Source: Octopus sinensis (lineage: Eukaryota). Taken from it: 64,000 nucleotides of DNA. The DNA lies in contig NC_042999.1 of the NCBI RefSeq assembly GCF_006345805.1, forward strand, positions 147,126,001 through 147,190,000, read 5' to 3'. The position numbers were made by a program, and so were the translations under genes. This document shows, in pieces, positions 55,731-64,000 of the stretch (position 1 is the first letter of the stretch; each line of letters starts with the position of its first letter). The notes beneath the pieces were generated by a model. That model worked only from the letters and a program-made list of their open reading frames with translations, was not told the origin of the DNA and did not search any database.

Positions 55731-56289
55731 TACATATAATTAAAATAAGCAACAGGATATCCAGAAGTAATGCAGTACGATCGTTTCAAGCGACTCCATT
55801 TAATTGAACAATGCACCCATTACATCAATTTAAATGCAGAGCATATGGACACATTAGTATAATTTTACCTGGTGCCTCAATGTAAGTACCTAATTCATCT
55901 GAATATCTATATATGTGTAGTATAGGACAAACAATAAGTGTCATAATAGAACTCAGAGTTTTAAATGCCGAAGCTAAGAGCTTCGGGGCATATTCATAGG
56001 CTATTTTGACGATAGACGCTATGAAAGAAAAAACGGTTGAAGAAAAGTGAAGTTACTTTCATAGGCATAAAAATATAAAAGTTATAAAATATTAAAAAAA
56101 AAAAATTATTACAAAAAATACACGCAACCACATTCTCACAATAGATCGAAACCTTCTGCGTTCGTAAAATCTACATACGTACACACTCATAAAGACATGT
56201 ATATATATTCCCATACACACACTTACATCCTCATAGAGATGTGTATATGAAAATGTGAATGTGTGTATGGGTATATATATATATATATA

Positions 56290-56366
<77 letters not shown>

Positions 56367-57014
56367 GTGTATGTATGTATGTATGTGTGTATGTGTGTGT
56401 TTACGTGTGTGTCCGCGTGCGTGTGCACGCGTCCGCGCGTTATTATGTATATGGATGAATATGTGAACGACCATGTAAATGTACGTATGGGCTGAGTCTT
56501 CAAGATCAGCTAAGGACAATCGCATGTCGAACCAGCCATGAAGAACAAACCAACATTAGAAAGTAATCGCACACCAATCCCTTTAAAACGGCAGCCACTT
56601 TAACAGTAGTAGAATCAGCATCCCATTACATCTACACATTCAGATTAATTGGCCAACAGGCTTTCATCAACAGCACACCTTGAAAGAGTCAGTGGCTACT
56701 ATACACTTCATGCCACGACAGACAGAGAGGATGCTCTTGAAGCCGAGATTTTTAACTTGCGGAGAGAGTGTTTCCATATCGCCTGTTGCGTAGAACCAAT
56801 TATAGTGATTGAGAATAAATGTCCAATCACGCTCCTTCCTGTTGACTCCAGTTTTTTTCAAGTATCAATCACACACGGTTGAAGCCCAACCACAAACCTG
56901 GAAGTACGTACAATACTACCACTGGGTAGCAAAATATGAAATCTGAAGGTGGACGAGGTTTATGCTGTACTACACTACATTCTTAACAGAATATACCATA
57001 ACTATATATATATA

Positions 57015-57060
<46 letters not shown>

Positions 57061-57093
57061 AAAACAAGTTCGTTTTGTCATATTAAATATGTT

Positions 57094-57132
<39 letters not shown>

Positions 57133-57925
57133 TTCTGTAATTTAAACCACCTCATCTATAATAATTAACTACCCAAAGATGCAACAAGCAACATTGTAGG
57201 TTCAATAATTAGAACCTCGTAAATTACCTGACTCACCAGTTTATAAGACAATACTGGAATCAATAAATAACAATAGATTTGTGAATCACCTTCCACCACT
57301 ACTAAATAAGTGCTGTTCATAATACTTGAAGCTTGGCAACCATTATCAAACCTCTTTCATTTCTCTTACTGCACCAAACATCATTATTTATACTTAGCTC
57401 ATATGAAATCAAATGACTGAGGTGACATTGAATATTGATTACGAAGCTATACGTACATACATACATACATGTATGTGGGTGTGATATATATATATCGCCA
57501 CGATAGATCGTTAGCCACTACACACATTTTTTCTCTCGTTGTTTTTTTCTGTGTCCCTTTCTGTAGAAGAGCGTAGACTCGAAATGTAAAATACTTTTTC
57601 TATTCCTGAGCGTTATGCTAATACACCTGTTTGTTTTGTACACCACTTGTCTTCGTCTTTTGTTTTTTTCTTGGTAAACTCTCCCTATATATGTATATAT
57701 ATATATGTATATATAATGTGAAATAGAAAGATGAATAATCTTGTAGTAGATTAATCAAAAGTTTAACCGATACCTTAGTAGCAAAAATCACAGCAGTGAA
57801 CAGCACGGTTGGAGGTACAACCAACTGGCGTTGCAACCGTGCGTTGGTGCGGATAATTGAAATTAAAACATTATTGGTGAATTGAAGAAATGGAGCTGAA
57901 CGCAGATTGAACAGAAATCGTTTTA

Positions 57926-58015
57926 TTTCATTCTACACGTGTTTCGAAAGGCACAAATTACCAAAATCTGATTGAATAATGGGACCATATTGTGTCTTTC
58001 TCTTCAGGAAGAAAA
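57926..58015 (-). ncRNA. Mirror-image copy of the same hammerhead
   Basis: Reverse complement of 58188-58276 with one extra base in the stem II region. Confidence 0.78.
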
Positions 58016-58187
58016 AAGGAAATCCGTTGGAAAAACAAAACAGAACAGAGGCAGAGCAAAAAACAAATCGAACTGTGCTCCTAAGAGCCCATGGCGAAAC
58101 TGTTTCGCCATGGGCTCTTAGGAGCACAGTTCGATTTGTTTTTTGCTCTGCCTCTGTTCTGTTTTTGTTTTTCCAACGGATTTCCTT

Positions 58188-58276
58188 TTTTCTTCCTGAA
58201 GAGAAAGACACAATATGGTCCCATTATTCAATCAGATTTTGGTAATTGTGCCTTTCGAAACACGTGTAGAATGAAA
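58188..58276 (+). ncRNA. Type I hammerhead ribozyme with palindromic stem III (predicted)
   Basis: Stem I TTTTCTTC / GAATGAAA; core CTGAAGA (58196-202); stem II GAAAG-a-CACAAT / ATTGTG-c-CTTTC; GAAAC-ACGT-GTA. Predicted cleavage after 58268. Confidence 0.8.
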
Positions 58277-58327
58277 TAAAACGATTTCTGTTCAATCTGC
58301 GTTCAGCTCCATTTCTTCAATTCACAA

Positions 58328-58413
<86 letters not shown>

Positions 58414-61400
58414 GAATGTATATGTATGTGTATACATATTTGTATAATAATTTAATGGGGTGTGGCTTAGTGTTCAGGGTGCTGTACTTATGATCTAAAG
58501 TTTGTGTTCCAATTCCTGAACCAGGCGGTGAGTTGTAGTCTTCAGAAAAAGTCTCTATTTCACGTTGCTTCAGTCCACTCAGATGGCAAAAATATACGTT
58601 ATTGAAATTAGGAAAACTGGCCTTAGGCGCCTACGGCTCAGGATGGAGTTCCGATCTTTTTTGTGCATATATAAATATGCACATGTGCATGTATTTAATA
58701 TTGCATATATTAATAAGCAGATGTTTATGAAATAGATGCGGATGAAGATGACAAAAGCACTTAACATTGTGGATTATATATTCAAAGATATATGCGTGTG
58801 AATTTATAAAGTAAATCTATTAATCTATTGTGTTCCTCAGTGTTTCCAAATATTCTGCTGTGAATAGAATACCGACGGCTTAAATGCCCGATGACCCAAA
58901 GAAATATAAGGTTAAGCACAAGCAGAACGTTCTATTCACTTCTGTTGAGAGTATGGCAAGCAATTTGAGGATATTGATTGAGTTAAATCAAAACAATACT
59001 GTCAAATACCTTTCTTGTAAAATCTGAAATCGAAAGGAAATAAGTGGGCACTTCAAGATAGCATGATTAGGTTTTGTTAGTTTGAATATAGTTGTATAAA
59101 TAAGGCGTATAAATAACAAAAGTTAATCTAACTTCATTTTTTCTCTAGATAATTTTTTACTATATCAAACCGGGCATCCATATCCCTCTCCTTATTTATA
59201 TTTCTATGAAACCTAGAGGTGTGTATATTATTATCAACACATTGATTGAGTTTACTGCTCCCTGTATGTTTGCCAGCTGCTACATTCACCTCAAGATTAC
59301 CGAAAGTATGAAAGTACTAACATTATCATAATATATAATGTGAAAGTTTTATAAAATTCAAAAATAAAACGTTAAAATCAGGCTATACTAAATTTCATTA
59401 TAGACAACAAAAACCTTGTCATATTTTAAATTTGATAAAATTCTTGCAAATGTCTAATATTTCACTTACAGATGTTGGTTGATTCCTTTTTCTGAAAACA
59501 CTAGCATATCCAGATTGCGACTTACACACTTACTCACAAAGTCAAGTGCATCAATTATTATTGGTATAAATATGAATTTGAAATATGGATACAGAAGCTC
59601 GATGTTTTGAACCAGTTGTTCATAGTTATCTTTTATCTCTTTGATTTACACAGAACACTTTTATCTGTCTGTCCAAAACAGTAACATCCGGCCCCTTATG
59701 TTTACATTTGACAGATACTTCCATGGGAATAATCTATACTGTTTTGATGTTTGTGTTATATTCAATAACAGGACGATTCACTATATTTATTCTGGGACTG
59801 TCTTTTTTTCCGAATGGCTTTGTACATTGCTTTTGCAATAACGTTGTTTCGCACAGGGAAGCAGTACCTTCATGGCATTATTTGGCAGCTGCTAATCCCA
59901 TGTGTGATGTCTTCCACAGAAATACAACATAATCTGAATTTCCAGTTGTATCTTATACATCTAAGGGTTTCGGTCTTTCTTTTCTTTATTAGATATTTAG
60001 CAGCAATCTCTTGTTTTTGTATTACAAATGAATAGTCTTCTAAATGTGATTTGATGTAGCTGTCATGAATCTCTGAGAAACTTAGTTTCATGCTAACATT
60101 ACTGTCTTCTTCAAGTCACTGGGAAATATAATCAGGCATGATCCCTTTTGTGTATGTATGTATGTATGTATGTATGAATGTATGTATGTATGTATGTATG
60201 AATGTATGTATGTATGTATGTATGTATGTGTATAACCTATAAACACATCGAGTTTTACAGGATTTCTTAATACACTCTTTAAACATCCTATCAGTTTTAG
60301 GATACCTGTCAATTGATGACGTTCAACACAAATAGAGAAATTATGTATTTTTCTTAGGGCCACTAGAAGTATTTTGTATAATATTCATCTAGTGAAAATC
60401 ACAAACTATTCTCAGGTTATTGTGACGCATATATAAATTAAAGATTTATTCGTTATAAATATTAGGGTGTATTAAAATCTAAAAATTAGAAGCATTACTG
60501 GAATACTATATATATTTAAAACCAGTTCGAAAGGAAATATTATACAAAGTTCCATGTTGATGATATAACATGAAATATGCTTCCTGTTATATGCTTCATG
60601 GAATAAAATAAGTTTTATAGATGTAATGTAAGAAAATGCGTGTCTACTAATACCTGCAACATACCCGCGTTAAATCAAAATTCAAATCCAGTTCACTAAA
60701 GTGAAATCTAGGAAACCTGATCTTTTGAAAGTATGTGATTACAATTTAAGTATCTTTCGATTCATTTCTGTTCCTTGCGAAACCGTGTCCATAGCCTTCT
60801 CTAACACTCCATAAGAGATATGATTGATGCATGCAACTAATATTCCTCTTCAATATGCTAAGTCATCATGTGTGATAAAAACATGAGGTGGAATGGTATC
60901 TCAGTTGCCTTTTGTTCCAAGAAGAAACTAATAGGCATAGTTACTAAAGTGGAGCCGGGTGCTTTAGACACAACTAATGTAATATGGGGAGGTAAGGAAA
61001 ACTGTTTGGAAATTATTGAGTAGAAGTGGCATGAGACCAAGCAGTTGCGAAAAGTAAAGGCAATAACAGTATTTGTTGGAAAGGTAAAAACCGAGCATAT
61101 CTGTGATTGCAACATTAGCAGCATCTAAGGTTTGTGAGTGATGTTATATTGAATGATTCATCTAAGAATTGTAGAATGTCAATAAAGTTTTGTCGAGAAT
61201 CATGAAAAGTTGCCTGTGTTATGTTTAGAATGCGATTCTAGCTAAATCATGTAAATTCACCCGTAAAGGTTCTCGTTGATAACAGGGCTCAACAACTGAA
61301 GCGAATTTACGGCTATAATTAGTACTGCTCATGAATAAGGTTTTTTTTAATGCGTGGTGATGGGACTGTTTCCTAAGTTTGAGTGGAGATTGTTAGACAT

Positions 61401-61953
61401 GACTGCAAGTAACCTACTTATGAAAAGAAAGAAGAAATTCGAGGGCAAAACTGAACTCAGGAGCACAGCGAAGTCGTAGAATGAAAGACAGAATGAGTTA
61501 CCCGAACACACACAGAGAAAGTGCGATCATAATAGAGGTAATGTTTAAAGGAAAGGGTAATTGATAGACTCCATAGATTCTAGTACCAGACATTCGAACA
61601 ATTACCTGATGCCAAGAGCGATAAAATCATTTTCGCGAAATTTCTGCATCGTATGAATGCATTGATGGAAGAGATAAGGATGCAGGTCAACAATGGGGTT
61701 TTCTTTACAGACACCGTAGTGATGGTCATTAAAGGGTGAGAGAGATGGGTCTGTGTGTGGAGAGGGAGAATAGGAATAAAAGGTTTGAAGGATGTTGCTG
61801 TTAATAGATATCTCCATTAACTTGGAGATAATTGAATTGAGTGCGTTAATAAGGGAGCTGACAGTGTGAAATAGGTTGCGTTTCTCTGGAGTTAGACTAC
61901 TTTAAGAAGCTTTCTGTGATTGCATCACGATTTTCTGAATCCATATCTTCTAC

Positions 61954-61997
<44 letters not shown>

Positions 61998-63799
61998 ATA
62001 TATATTTATATACATACATACACACACATACGCGCACATAACCAAACACAGACAAACACGCATATATGTATATATGTATATAACTATATAACTATATATA
62101 TATATATAGTTATATATTTATATACATATATACATATGTCTGTGAGTGTCTGTGTTTATGTACGTGCGTGCGTATGTATGTATGCATATATGTATGTTAA
62201 TATACGTATGTAGTATAAAATATGGATTCAGAGAATCGTGTGGCTATCAGAGAAAGCTCCTCAAACGAACACGCGGCTAATAGTCAAGTCCATATAGTAA
62301 ACCAATGAAAAAACATATAATATACTGTGCTTAAGCAGCTGAAATCCAAAAGATCCGATCGATTAAGTTATTTTATGAGGAGTATGTGAATGGTTATGGT
62401 CAGGACATATGAGAGGTGAATATATTTATTTATACACTTTATATCCTCAAGACATCCCACTTGACAACCTTTAGAGTACAGCGGTTTTCCAACCTTCCTC
62501 ATGTGGTGATAATTCTTCTGCAATTAAATTATTGCTTCATGAAGAAGGATGCAAAACGGCCGTAATCCAAAGGATATCAAGTGGTTAACTAAATATATTC
62601 ACCTTTCATATCTTCTGATTTCATGGTTTATGGGCGTGCGTGGGTGTGAGCGTACGCGCCTGCGTTTGTGTGTGAGTGAGAAAGAGAGAGAGAGAGAAAG
62701 AAAGAGAGGTCATTAATAATTTTTATTCGTATATATTTGGGCTTTTGCAAAGATAATAGATTAGCGGTCATGTATAAACACAGAAACGATTTACAAACCC
62801 ATCAATATTCTGCAATATACTTATAATATTCCAATGCCTTATCAACAACATACGCAGGAAGATTTTTGTATAGTCCTTAGGGTAAAAGACATCAAAGAAG
62901 GCATACACAATAAAATTGCCCTAAAACTGAGCATAGTTGATTTAACAATATTTTATATATCTAACCTCTGCAAATCTACAAATATTTCGTCGAAATATCA
63001 ATCAATTTATTCCATCTCAACTTACTAAATCTTAATTCAACCAGAACAAAATCCTTCCAGATCTCTGAATTTAATAAGGAAATATCTTCTAGACTACATA
63101 GGTGTAAAAATTATACATTACTGTGAGGGAAGAAATTCGATTGCTGATGCCACTATATATGTTCTGCAATGTAGTTGTCAGTTGAAGTTAGCAAATCTCA
63201 ATCTTTGTATCATTTTAAAACTCTCAAATTGCATAAAAGAGAGAAGATTAATAACTACTCTCCATATATAATTCTCTATTCAGAAACATTTAAAAGCGGA
63301 ATACAAGTGAATTATCTACGCCTCGTCAAAGAAGAAAAATACTTAAGCCTTATAAAAATGTCATTAATACAAATTAGTTCCATATAGTGGGCAGAAGTGT
63401 GAACATAAAATAATATCCCAACGTTAACAAGTACTTAAATTATGAATATGATACTTTTAGAAAATCCATACACACGGATTTACTTGTTTTATGAAAGTGA
63501 GAATAAATGCTTCCAGTTATTATCACAGACGAATATAGAACATTATATACTTACCCACACATAAACTGAGTCCGAGACACTCACACATGCTCAGTTTCGC
63601 ACCTTATCGTTAAAGGTGCGAAACTTGACAGTACCATTAGTCGATAACTGATGAAGAATACTGGACTTTCTGTTTATATCCCGTTCGTTTTTACATTCAG
63701 TATACGTTTGTTTATACATTTTCATTTATATATATCCCTGTAATGTTTTCAATAATTGCTCGTAAGTAAAACTATTTGTATAATACACACACACATGCT

Positions 63800-64000
63800 G
63801 GAGCGGTTGTATGGTAAGAAGCATGAATTTTTTTGTCTGTATTTGTACCACCACTATCGCTTGACAACCGATGATGTTGTGTTTACGTCAACGTAACTTA
63901 GCGACTCGGCAATAGAAACCGATAGTAAGTACTAGGCTTACAAAGAATAAGTCCTACTCTGTCAATGTGTTCGACTAAAGGCGGTGCTCCAGAATGGTTG
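63800..64000 (+). mobile_element. SINE family B copy, internally deleted, running off the window edge
   Basis: ATCGCTTGACAACCGATG..AAGTACTAGGCTTACAAAGAATAAGTCC..GACTAAAGGCGGTGCTCCAG. Confidence 0.8.

Larger units (their letters stand above)
57877..58325. repeat. Near-perfect palindrome: 224-bp arms, 1-bp spacer at 58101
   Basis: Centre GCGAAAC-T-GTTTCGC. The only differences I found are two single-base homopolymer indels. Confidence 0.97.

Noticed and set aside
56640-56885. ORF containing DALEAEI, a possible GIY-YIG C-terminus
   Set aside because: Too few conserved residues to support the call.
63593-63660. 13-bp hairpin with GAAAC, then GTA and CTGATGA (type II hammerhead order)
   Set aside because: Stems I and II do not pair, so no complete ribozyme fold can be built.

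Overview
Eukaryotic, AT-rich, microsatellite-dense DNA, most likely from an octopod cephalopod. That assignment is inferred from tRNA-derived SINEs I recognise as Octopus-type; no database search was run. I found no intact host gene. Most ORFs in the supplied track are microsatellite artefacts or transposon debris. Recognisable content: two decayed Tc1/mariner (DD37D-like) transposases; at least five R4/Dong-like LINE fragments; three CR1/L2-like LINE fragments; a Penelope-like (Naiad/Neptune-type) GIY-YIG fragment; three Helitron-type elements, one carrying an OTU protease relic; and many SINEs. The most striking unexplained structure is a 449-bp near-perfect palindrome (57877-58325). Each arm holds an apparently intact type I hammerhead ribozyme with a self-complementary stem III. 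Several other short, microsatellite-embedded elements carry degenerate versions of the same hammerhead signature, and two further long inverted repeats (33071-33265, 54903-55691) sit in Penelope-like contexts. Coordinates were counted by eye; edges of decayed elements are approximate.
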